Origin: Candidatus Poribacteria bacterium
GTDB taxonomy: Bacteria; Poribacteria; WGA-4E; WGA-3G
DNA length: 64,000 nucleotides
Direction of reading: 5' to 3'
Assembly: GCA_007571305.1 (NCBI GenBank)
Contig: RKRR01000119.1
Location: forward strand, 21,954 to 85,953
Below the pieces are notes generated by a model. The model was not told where the DNA came from and did not search any database. It was given only the letters and a program-made list of their open reading frames with translations. The position numbers and the translations under genes are program-made. Numbering within the stretch: the first letter of the stretch is position 1; each line of letters starts with the position of its first letter. Of the stretch, positions 8,926-17,328 are shown in pieces.

Positions 8926-9253
8926 TAACGTGAGTTTGATAAATATTTGTCTATTTTTTCAAGAAAGAGACCTCTTTTGGTATAATGAAGTAAAACCCTT
9001 TCATTGTTCGATACGGTGTTCCTGAAAAAGCGGATACTGATTGAAGCAGTGATCCGGAAACTCAAAACACAGACACAGGTGGAATACACCCGGCAGAGAA
9101 GTTTTGAAAACTTTCAAGTCAATGTATTCTCGGAAACCTTGATTGCATATCAGTTGTTGGAGAACAAACCCTCGCTGAAGGGCACTGAACTGCAGCAAAG
9201 CAAGGATTCACACAAACTTTCTAAAACATAAACTTTTTTCAAACTCACGTTAT
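8926..9253. mobile_element. miniature, internally deleted IS remnant bounded by 14-bp perfect terminal inverted repeats
   Basis: TAACGTGAGTTTGA at 8926-8939 is the exact reverse complement of TCAAACTCACGTTA at 9240-9253. The element carries only a transposase C-terminal fragment. Confidence 0.6.
9004..9231 (+). pseudogene. DDE transposase C-terminal fragment (IS982/IS4-like)
   Basis: 75-aa ORF. KRILIEAVIRKLKTQTQVEYTRQRSFENFQVNVFSETLIAYQL resembles the conserved IE..F..LK....EH.RHRS..NF..N....L.AY transposase tail. No catalytic core is present. Confidence 0.55.
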
Positions 9254-9398
9254 AATTACATTAGGTTGTGATTAATATAGACAGACGTAGCATTCAATAA
9301 GTATGCCCATCCTGACTTCAACTTTAGCATAGGATAATCACCATACCAAACGGTCGATAAAGTCCACCAACATGTGAAAACATAAAGGACAAAAACGC

Positions 9399-10652
9399 AT
9401 GGCACTTCCAAAAATGACACGGATTCAGCAGACGTTTGAAGCACCCGTTCTCACCAACCTCCCCGCGGCGATTCACACGGAATTAGAACGGATTAACGCC
9501 TCTGCTATTATCAAACCCGGCGAGACTGTCGCCGTTACCGCGGGAAGCCGCGGCGTTGCGAATGTCGCGACTGCGGTCAAGGCGACTGTTGATTATCTCA
9601 AGACACTCGGTGCGCACCCCTTTGTCGTTCCAGCAATGGGAAGCCACGGGGGTGCAACGCCTGAAGGACAACGGAGTGTGCTGGAACATTACGGTATCAC
9701 CGAAGAGACTGTCGGCGCCCCCGTGAAAGCGACAATGGAGGTCGTAGAACTCGGAAAGACGGCAGACGGCTTGCCTGTTTTTCTGGATAGGTATGCCGCT
9801 GAGGCGGATCACGTTGTACCCCTCAATCGCATTAAAGCACACACAGATTTCAACGGCTCCATCGAGAGCGGCGTGATGAAGATGATGGTCATCGGGCTTG
9901 GCAAACAAGAGGGTGCGAACTTTTACCATCGAGCATTCTTCCAGTACGGTTTTGAACACGTCATCACGGCTGTCGGTGGTTTCATCCTTGACAGCGGAAA
10001 AATCGCTTTCGGCATCGGGCTCATTGAGAACGCACACGAAGATACTGCGAAAGCTGTCGCCATGCCCGCTGCACAACTCCTCCAAACCGAACGTGAACTC
10101 CTCGTCGAAGCGAAATCGCTGATGGGACGACTGCCCTTTGATGAACTCGATCTGCTCATCGTGGATTGGACAGGTAAAAATATCAGCGGCACAGGTATGG
10201 ACACGAATGTCATCGGCAGGATGATGCAAAATTTTGAGCCGGAACCCGCAAAACCTGCAATCCTCCGTATATTTGTCCGAAATCTCACCGAAGAAAGCGA
10301 CGGGAACGCCACTGGCATCGGACTCGCCGATTTCACGACGACCCGTCTCGTGGACCAGATTGATAGACACTCTACCTATATGAACGGTATCACCGCGCTT
10401 GGACCACAGAAGTCGAAAATCCCGTTCTACTATGACACCGATCGGGAAGCGATTGAAGTGGCACTCGATACCATCGGTCTCACCGAGCCGGAGGATGCGC
10501 GCGTTATCCGTATTGAGAGCACACTGAGATTAACGGAACTCGACATCTCTGAGGTGTTGCTTGAAGATGCGAAACTGCATTCGAGGTTAGAGGTCATCAG
10601 CGAAACGAAACCGTTTGCATTTGACGCAGCGGGCAACCTGTTACCGTTTTAG
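9399..10652 (+). CDS. LarA-like (DUF2088, lactate racemase N-terminal domain) protein
   Basis: 417 aa. PAMGSHGGATPEGQ parallels the LarA GTHR loop, and the overall layout is LarA-like. AAGGA sits upstream of the start. Confidence 0.5.
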   Translation: MALPKMTRIQQTFEAPVLTNLPAAIHTELERINASAIIKPGETVAVTAGSRGVANVATAVKATVDYLKTLGAHPFVVPAMGSHGGATPEGQRSVLEHYGITEETVGAPVKATMEVVELGKTADGLPVFLDRYAAEADHVVPLNRIKAHTDFNGSIESGVMKMMVIGLGKQEGANFYHRAFFQYGFEHVITAVGGFILDSGKIAFGIGLIENAHEDTAKAVAMPAAQLLQTERELLVEAKSLMGRLPFDELDLLIVDWTGKNISGTGMDTNVIGRMMQNFEPEPAKPAILRIFVRNLTEESDGNATGIGLADFTTTRLVDQIDRHSTYMNGITALGPQKSKIPFYYDTDREAIEVALDTIGLTEPEDARVIRIESTLRLTELDISEVLLEDAKLHSRLEVISETKPFAFDAAGNLLPF

Positions 10653-10877
10653 ATAGCCATCAGTTATCAGCCGTCAACAGGTCAGTGAACGCCGCGAGCA
10701 CGGCTCGCTCCTACAAGAATAGAACTATCAGCAGTTGGCAGTCGGCTAAAAGATTATCAGCCCCACAAAGGTTTCCCTTTCGGATTGATGGAAACCAACG
10801 GTTTTCGCATTAAGATAGCCTCAAAACCAAGAGCCCGTAATGAAATGGAAGGGCGGATCTAAGGGAAGCCCGTGGTA

Positions 10878-11025
10878 GTTTATAGTAGATTCCGTAATTA
10901 CTCAGGACTTACGCAATTTTGACTATAGAATGCCTTGTGAGAAGGAGAACCCCAAAAAAACACAGATGTTCTCGTGGCACAACCTAACAGGTTATGCTAC
11001 AAAAGAGCAGCATGCGTAAGTCCTG
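10878..11025 (-). repeat. dispersed intergenic repeat, family R2, copy A
   Basis: Read on the minus strand: GTAGCATAACCTGTTAGGTTGTGC (10977-11000), the 21-mer GTCAAAATTGCGTAAGTCCTG (10903-10923) and the tail TAATTACGGAATCTACTATAAAC (10878-10900). An inverted partial 13-mer lies at 11013-11025. Confidence 0.7.
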
Positions 11026-11075
11026 TTACTTATACATTTCGTCGTGTGAACTCTGAAGTTATATGTTTCTAATGA

Positions 11076-11141
11076 CACAGGAAACTAACGGTCTCCTATG
11101 CTACAAGTGTGAACCTGTTTTCGGATTTCACTATAAATGCC
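11076..11141 (+). repeat. dispersed intergenic repeat, family R1, partial copy A
   Basis: CACAGGAAACTAACGGTCTCCTATGCTAC (11076-11104) nearly matches copies at 51610, 57158 and 60680. It ends in the 13-mer CACTATAAATGCC. Confidence 0.65.
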
Positions 11142-11169
11142 GGTTGTTCCTCCGCAAGGGAAAATTAAC

Positions 11170-12021
11170 ATGCGGAAACTTAAGATTATCTTGGAGATGA
11201 TTAAATTTGAACACACGATCTTCGCGCTTCCGTTTGCTGTCATGAGTGCCTTCATCGCTGCAGATGGACTCCCTTCGCTGGCGAAGTTTGGCTGGATTCT
11301 CGTGGCGATGGTAGGAGCGCGCAGCTGCGCGATGGCGTTTAACCGACTCGCCGATGCCGAATTTGATGCGAAGAACCCACGGACCGCCATGCGTGCGATC
11401 CCCGCGGGTTTGATTACCAAGGGCACCGTGTGGTGTTTTACCCTTATCTCTGCTGGACTGCTGGTCTTTGCGGCGTGGCGACTGAATCCACTCGCTTTTG
11501 CACTGTCCCCAGTAGCACTTGTTGTCGTTATGGGGTATTCCTATACGAAACGTTTTACTGCACTTTCGCACTTTTGGCTCGGACTTTCCCTCTCCATCTC
11601 ACCTGTCGGCGCGTGGATCGCGATTCAGGGCAGTTTTGCGTTGCCACCGATAATTCTCTGCCTCGTGGTGCTGCTCTGGACAGCAGGGTTTGACATTATC
11701 TATGCGTGTCAAGATGTTAATTTTGACAAAAAGCATGGGCTGCACTCGATACCCGCGAAAATCGGAATCCGGTGGTCGTTGTGGCTGTCGTCTGCTCTGC
11801 ACGTTATCGCGGTGTTGCTACTTCTCGGTATTCCATCCCTTGTCGAGTTAGGGCTTTTTTATTATATCGGTGTTGGGATTGTTGTACTAATCTTTATCTA
11901 CGAACACGCCATCGTCAAACCGACGGATCTGTCCCGTGTCAATCTTGCTTTTTTCACACTCAACGGCACGATTAGCTTGGTCCTGATGGCACTTTCAATT
12001 GCCGATATTTTGTTTTTTTAA
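11170..12021 (+). CDS. UbiA-family aromatic polyprenyltransferase (4-hydroxybenzoate polyprenyltransferase/MqnP-like)
   Basis: Carries FNRLADAEFDAKNPRT (NxxxDxxxD), a second Asp-rich motif (YACQDVNFD) and multiple TM segments. Start moved to MRKLKIILEMIKFEHT because the 11137 ATG lies inside a repeat motif. Confidence 0.85.
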   Translation: MRKLKIILEMIKFEHTIFALPFAVMSAFIAADGLPSLAKFGWILVAMVGARSCAMAFNRLADAEFDAKNPRTAMRAIPAGLITKGTVWCFTLISAGLLVFAAWRLNPLAFALSPVALVVVMGYSYTKRFTALSHFWLGLSLSISPVGAWIAIQGSFALPPIILCLVVLLWTAGFDIIYACQDVNFDKKHGLHSIPAKIGIRWSLWLSSALHVIAVLLLLGIPSLVELGLFYYIGVGIVVLIFIYEHAIVKPTDLSRVNLAFFTLNGTISLVLMALSIADILFF

Positions 12022-12152
12022 GGATTGGGTTAAGGCACTCCGATCCCCGGCTAAACCCAAACGGTACCACATAGCGAAGTAGAATGCGGACCAACGGAAA
12101 GGCACATCAATATACAAACTCGCCTCACCGAACCGCAAGGTAAAATTAAAAT

Positions 12153-12974
12153 ATGAAACTTTCACTTTCCGTACGCGTCGCAGAAACGGCATCGAAAAGA
12201 GACGCTACGCATAATTTTGAACAATTGACTGAACTGGCATCAGGACTCGGCTACGAGGCGGTCTGTATGCGTGCCTCTCAAGTCGGTATCCAATCGCCTT
12301 TGGAACACATTACCGCCGCGAGCAAACAGGCAGCGTTGCTTAACCTGAAGGTCTCGATGGTCACCGGTGATTTTCCAGTCCCTCTCAACAACGAACAGGG
12401 ACCAGATGGACTCCGCAACATAACCCCCTATTTGGATCTAACGGAACTCCTTGGCGCGGATCTCATCCGCATTGCAATGAAGGTTGAGGCCGATATTCCA
12501 TGGGCACAACGGGCTTCCGATGAAGCCGCTGAGCGCGGTATTCGTCTCGCGCATCAATCGCACACACAGAGTTTGTTTGAAACGGTAGAGGGTTCTGTTG
12601 ATGTGTTAAAACGGGTCGGTAGAAAAAATTTCGGAATTATCTATGAACCCGCCAACCTTGACCTCTGTGCTCAGGATTACGGTGTTGAGACACTCAAACG
12701 GTTCTCGCCGTATCTCTTTAACGTGTACCTGCAGAATCACATCCGCAGACCAGAGGGGAAGACGCGGCTCTTGACATGGATTCAGGGTGAAGTCCCGCAC
12801 GATCCGATCCGTTTGCAGGACGAAGGTGGCATCGATTTTCCGTTAGTGTTTCGTGGATTGGAAGCGATCGACTACGATGGGTATGTGACGGTGCATCAGG
12901 CGTTCCGTGAGATCATGGAGCCTGAAGACGCAGCAGAGCAGAGTTACACCTATCTAAAACCGTTTTGTGGATAG
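12153..12974 (+). CDS. sugar phosphate isomerase/epimerase (xylose isomerase-like TIM barrel)
   Basis: 273 aa with AP-endonuclease-2/xylose-isomerase-like barrel features (IRIAM, YEPANL, VTVHQ). Confidence 0.65.
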   Translation: MKLSLSVRVAETASKRDATHNFEQLTELASGLGYEAVCMRASQVGIQSPLEHITAASKQAALLNLKVSMVTGDFPVPLNNEQGPDGLRNITPYLDLTELLGADLIRIAMKVEADIPWAQRASDEAAERGIRLAHQSHTQSLFETVEGSVDVLKRVGRKNFGIIYEPANLDLCAQDYGVETLKRFSPYLFNVYLQNHIRRPEGKTRLLTWIQGEVPHDPIRLQDEGGIDFPLVFRGLEAIDYDGYVTVHQAFREIMEPEDAAEQSYTYLKPFCG

Positions 12975-12997
12975 GAAGAGGTAGCGTCTTTCGCATC

Positions 12998-14512
12998 ATG
13001 AGCACACAGCAACCCAATATCCTGATTATCACGACCGATCAGCAACGGACAGATAGTTTGAGCTGCTATGGGTCAACGTTCACAGATACACCACATCTGG
13101 ACAAGCTCGCCTCCGAAGGTGTCTGTTTCGAACGGGCATACTGTGCGAATCCGGTCTGTACGCCTGCCCGTGCCTCTATTTTTTCGGGACGATATGTGAG
13201 TCGGCACGGCGCGTGGAACGTCGGTATGAACGTCCCTGAAGACGAAACCCTGTTGTCACACCGGCTTGCTGAGGTCGGCTATCGCACACATTATATCGGC
13301 AAAGCACACTTCCAACCTTTCGGCGCATCTCCCACACAGTCAGTCGAAACCCTCGCCGATACGACACGCTATCCGGATTTCCACGGTCCCTACTACGGAT
13401 TTGAAACAGTGGAAATGGCACTCGGTCATGCGACTTACGGTGTTGCAGGGCATTACGGTGAGTGGGTGCGTTCGTGTGTCTCTGAGGAAACTTTCGCGAG
13501 TTATAGCAAAGCGACATCTCTTAGTGAACGGGGTTTCGGTGGCGAGGCGTACGACTGGGATATACCTCTGAAATACCATAATAGCGTCTGGACAGCGGAT
13601 AGAACGATAGATTTCCTATCGAACCGAGATACCTCCCAGCCCTTCCTATTGGCAGTCGGTTTCCAAGATCCACATCATCCCCACTGTGTCCCAACTGAAT
13701 TTGAAGAACGTGTTGATCCCTCCCAAGTCCTGCTACCGGACTTTGTTGAGGGCGAGTTGGACGACAAACCGCCCCACTTTTTAGAAGCGCGATACGGACA
13801 ATTGGAAACGTCTGAGATCCGTGGAACATTTGCCATCGCGGGACAGGGCGGTGGTGCCGATTACCGCAAGGTCTCTGAAACCGAGGCACGACTGGGGAGA
13901 GCATACTACTACAACATGGTGAAGATGATAGATCAACAGATGGGACGCATTCTGGAGTGTTTGGATACATACGGATTAACAGAGAACACGTTAGTGCTTT
14001 TCATGACCGATCACGGTGAACTTCTCGGTGATCACGGTCTCTGGATGAAGGGACCCTTCCATTACGAGCAGCTCATCCGCGTGCCAACGTTGCTGCGGTT
14101 TCCCAGAACGATTCCCGCTGGGCAGCGGACACAGGCGCTGTTTAGCCATGTAGATATTGTTCCGACGGTTCTTTCGGCAATCGGTATGCCGATCCCGTCA
14201 GATACCGACGGTGTGGATGCGATGCCTATGCTTACAGGTGAGACAGCATCCATTCGTGATTCCGTGTTAGTTGAGTGTGTAGACGACCCGCGTGGCTTGC
14301 GGCTCAAAACGATCGTGACCGATACACGGAAACTGACATGGTATTGTGGGCACGCTTATGGCGAACTCTACGATTTGAAGAAGGATCCGGGTGAACGCGT
14401 CAACCAGTGGGAGAACGCCGCCTACGCCACAGATAGGATGTCCCTTATGGGTCGCATTCTTGAGACGATGGAATCTTTGGAGAGAAGAGTTGAACGAGTA
14501 TCGTATGCATAA
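12998..14512 (+). CDS. sulfatase (formylglycine-dependent arylsulfatase family)
   Basis: PNILIITTDQQR, the CTPARASIFSGR sulfatase signature (CxPxR), and TDHGE. Start set at MSTQQPN. Confidence 0.9.
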   Translation: MSTQQPNILIITTDQQRTDSLSCYGSTFTDTPHLDKLASEGVCFERAYCANPVCTPARASIFSGRYVSRHGAWNVGMNVPEDETLLSHRLAEVGYRTHYIGKAHFQPFGASPTQSVETLADTTRYPDFHGPYYGFETVEMALGHATYGVAGHYGEWVRSCVSEETFASYSKATSLSERGFGGEAYDWDIPLKYHNSVWTADRTIDFLSNRDTSQPFLLAVGFQDPHHPHCVPTEFEERVDPSQVLLPDFVEGELDDKPPHFLEARYGQLETSEIRGTFAIAGQGGGADYRKVSETEARLGRAYYYNMVKMIDQQMGRILECLDTYGLTENTLVLFMTDHGELLGDHGLWMKGPFHYEQLIRVPTLLRFPRTIPAGQRTQALFSHVDIVPTVLSAIGMPIPSDTDGVDAMPMLTGETASIRDSVLVECVDDPRGLRLKTIVTDTRKLTWYCGHAYGELYDLKKDPGERVNQWENAAYATDRMSLMGRILETMESLERRVERVSYA

Positions 14513-14647
14513 GATTCGGTTTTTAAACTTGCATTAAAAAAAAGGATTGGGTATCATTTAGGGAGAAGAAATTGATTGTGTCCAGCCTCACTTCGATTAG
14601 ATCACATCCTACGTGAAAGTAGTGGGAAAAACATTGGGGGCATCCAG

Positions 14648-15460
14648 ATGGAGCCTACGCTATCCATTGTGATTCCGATTTACAACGAGGTTGCAAGCCT
14701 AAAAGAGCTTCTGCAACAGGTCGCCAACGTTGAAATCGGTATGAAAAAAGAGTTGATTCTCGTCGATGATTTTTCAACAGATGGTACACGCGATATTTTA
14801 AAGGAAATTGAAACTATTCAAGCGGATTCAGGCGAGATACATAGGTACATCTCAACACCCCAGATGCCTCCAAACGAAAATGCCGCTTCTGATAGCGACG
14901 CTCCAACCGCCAATAGCCCCGCAGAAAACACCTCTGAGATTTCTGCTAAAGTCCTTTATCACGAGGTGAATAAGGGTAAAGGGGCAACGCTCCGAACCGG
15001 ATTTCAACACATTACCGGTGAAATTACCCTCATTCAAGATGCCGACTTGGAGTATGATCCAAAAGACTATCCTAAATTGCTTCAGCCTATCCTCACCGGA
15101 GAAGCCGATGTTGTCTACGGCTCTCGGTTTATGGAGGGGAGACAAATCGGGTTATTGCGGAGTTATCTCGCAAATCAATTTCTGACGACCCTTGCAAACA
15201 TCGTCAATGGTACAAAACTCACCGATATGGAGACCTGCTATAAGGTGATTCGGACATCGATTCTGAAGGAAATTTCGCTTTACTCCGATAGGTTTGGCTT
15301 CGAGCCTGAAATTACGGCGAAACTTGCCAGACGAAAGTGCAAAATCGTTGAAGTGCCTATCTCCTACCGCGGCAGAGACTATCATGAAGGGAAAACTGTG
15401 AGTTGGAAGGATGGTGTCGCCGCAATTTTCCACATTCTCCGCTTCCGATTTTTTTCATAG
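14648..15460 (+). CDS. family 2 glycosyltransferase (polyprenol-phosphate sugar transferase-like)
   Basis: LSIVIPIYNE, LILVDDFSTDGT, NKGKGATLRTG and QDADLEYDP. Start set at MEPTLS. Confidence 0.85.
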   Translation: MEPTLSIVIPIYNEVASLKELLQQVANVEIGMKKELILVDDFSTDGTRDILKEIETIQADSGEIHRYISTPQMPPNENAASDSDAPTANSPAENTSEISAKVLYHEVNKGKGATLRTGFQHITGEITLIQDADLEYDPKDYPKLLQPILTGEADVVYGSRFMEGRQIGLLRSYLANQFLTTLANIVNGTKLTDMETCYKVIRTSILKEISLYSDRFGFEPEITAKLARRKCKIVEVPISYRGRDYHEGKTVSWKDGVAAIFHILRFRFFS

Positions 15461-15467
15461 AAAAAAT

Positions 15468-17318
15468 ATGTCTAATTTGCGAGATTTGCTGAAAGAGGTA
15501 GACGCAATCCTCGATTCGGCAAGTGTGTCAAAGCCAGCACACGATTGCGAGCCGCCAACAGACCCCCTTTTGGTAGCACTCGATACCTACTTCGGTTATG
15601 CCCATTTTCGCACCGGACAACGCGAGATCGTCGAGGCGATATTAGATGGCGAAAATGTATTTGCTGTGTTCCCAACGGGACACGGAAAGTCGTTGTGTTA
15701 CCAACTCCCGGCACTGATGCTCGACGGCGTAACAATCGTGATCTCGCCTCTTATTTCATTGATGAAGGACCAGGTCGATGCCTTACGAGAACAAGGGATT
15801 CATTCGGTTGCACTCATAAACAGCACACAGACATGGGAAGAATACCAGAGTGAATTGGCGCGCCTGAGACAAGACGAAATAAAACTCCTCTATATCTCAC
15901 CAGAACGCCTTCGGAGTCGAAGGTTCTTGGACATCTTGAATGCGTTCCCTATCTCACTATTCGTCATCGATGAGGCCCACTGTATCTCACAATGGGGACG
16001 TGATTTCCGTCCTGCTTATCTGTCGCTCAAAGATACAGTTGATGTGCTCCAACCGCGCGTTATCGCACTTTTCACCGCAACTGCCCCCCCAGAGATCCAA
16101 GAGGATATTCTCAGCGTGCTGAACATACCAACACCTCGCACTCTCACGCAAGGGATTGAGCGTCCCAATTTGAAATTGGCAGTCCAACAGATGAGCCCAC
16201 AGGTTTCCTCTATCGGCCTACGCGATGACGATGAAAAGTATCAGCACCTCGAAAGATTTCTCACCGATCAAGCCCCAAATCTTCTACCCGTTCGTCTGGG
16301 AGATCTGAAGACCTCGCCGAAAAATGGGATTATCTACGCGGGACGACGGCGAGAGACCGAAGAGATCGCAGACTTTCTCCAAAAGCGCGGATTCCGAGCA
16401 GATTTTTATCACGCCGGGCTTGAATCCCACGAGCGTACACGCGTGCAAGAAGCCTTTTTCGACAATAGTGGGAACGGATTAGACATCGTTGTTGCCACAA
16501 ACGCCTTCGGTATGGGGATTGACAAGCCAGATATCCGATACATCGTCCATTGGACGCTGACGGGTACCCTTGAAGAGTATTGCCAAGAAGTCGGTAGGGC
16601 AGGGAGAGATGGAGAGGATGCACTCTGTATCCTACTTTTTTCTAACGATGACCGTGGATTACACGAATGGTTTATCAAAGAGAACGCGCCTGATAAACAG
16701 TCGCTACTTAAACTCCTAAAAGTCGTAGAAAATTTCAAAGGGAACGACAGGTACCGCGCAATTTCTAACGATGAATTGGAATGGATGAGCGGTGCGAAAG
16801 GGACAAAAATCCACGCTTGTCTCACTTATCTGGAAAAACTCGGATTTCTAAAGCGGTGGTATAATGTGCCATCCCAACTTTCTGTGAGGTTTCGCGGATC
16901 TTGGATTGAAAAAGCAGAACCAGCAGAGGCTACGCAGCGTGAACTCCTCCACCAATTGCGAGGTGGGAAATTAAAAACAATTTTAGAACTCTGTGAGACT
17001 GTTGGACAAAACCCAAAAGTGATAATGGAAGCCCTCGCCGAGTTGCAAAGCGATGGTTACATTCAGTATTGGGGACAGGAGGACTTGCTCCTCATTGAAC
17101 TGCTTGAGGACAGTCAAATGCTTAGCACACTGACAGATGAGCAGATTGAGGCAGGTGATTATGTCCGCCGCAAACAGAGTCAACTCGATCAGATGGTCTT
17201 TTATGCCCTGGACACCACTTGCCGAATGCGCGTGATTCGAGACTACTTTGGTGAACCTATTGACGAAAATTACCGGTGTGGGACATGTGATTTGTGTCAA
17301 ACGCAAATTGATGGTTGA
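15468..17318 (+). CDS. recQ: ATP-dependent DNA helicase RecQ
   Basis: FRTGQREIVEA, PTGHGKSLCYQLPA, DEAHCISQWGRDFRPAY and VATNAFGMGIDKPDIRYIVH, plus a C-terminal CGTCDLC zinc motif. Confidence 0.93.
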   Translation: MSNLRDLLKEVDAILDSASVSKPAHDCEPPTDPLLVALDTYFGYAHFRTGQREIVEAILDGENVFAVFPTGHGKSLCYQLPALMLDGVTIVISPLISLMKDQVDALREQGIHSVALINSTQTWEEYQSELARLRQDEIKLLYISPERLRSRRFLDILNAFPISLFVIDEAHCISQWGRDFRPAYLSLKDTVDVLQPRVIALFTATAPPEIQEDILSVLNIPTPRTLTQGIERPNLKLAVQQMSPQVSSIGLRDDDEKYQHLERFLTDQAPNLLPVRLGDLKTSPKNGIIYAGRRRETEEIADFLQKRGFRADFYHAGLESHERTRVQEAFFDNSGNGLDIVVATNAFGMGIDKPDIRYIVHWTLTGTLEEYCQEVGRAGRDGEDALCILLFSNDDRGLHEWFIKENAPDKQSLLKLLKVVENFKGNDRYRAISNDELEWMSGAKGTKIHACLTYLEKLGFLKRWYNVPSQLSVRFRGSWIEKAEPAEATQRELLHQLRGGKLKTILELCETVGQNPKVIMEALAELQSDGYIQYWGQEDLLLIELLEDSQMLSTLTDEQIEAGDYVRRKQSQLDQMVFYALDTTCRMRVIRDYFGEPIDENYRCGTCDLCQTQIDG

Positions 17319-17328
17319 TTGCCGATTG

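Noticed and set aside
9483-10370. 295-aa ORF on the minus strand (also 9923..10336)
   Set aside because: It is entirely antisense to the LarA-like gene, which has recognisable motifs. The translation is Arg/Ser/Cys-rich with no motif, typical of a shadow ORF in GC-rich coding DNA.
11137-11169. Upstream ATG of the UbiA-family ORF
   Set aside because: This ATG lies inside the repeated 13-mer CACTATAAATGCC (also at 2051-2063). The extra residues (MPVVPPQGKIN) precede the conserved N-terminus, so the downstream ATG at 11170 is preferred.
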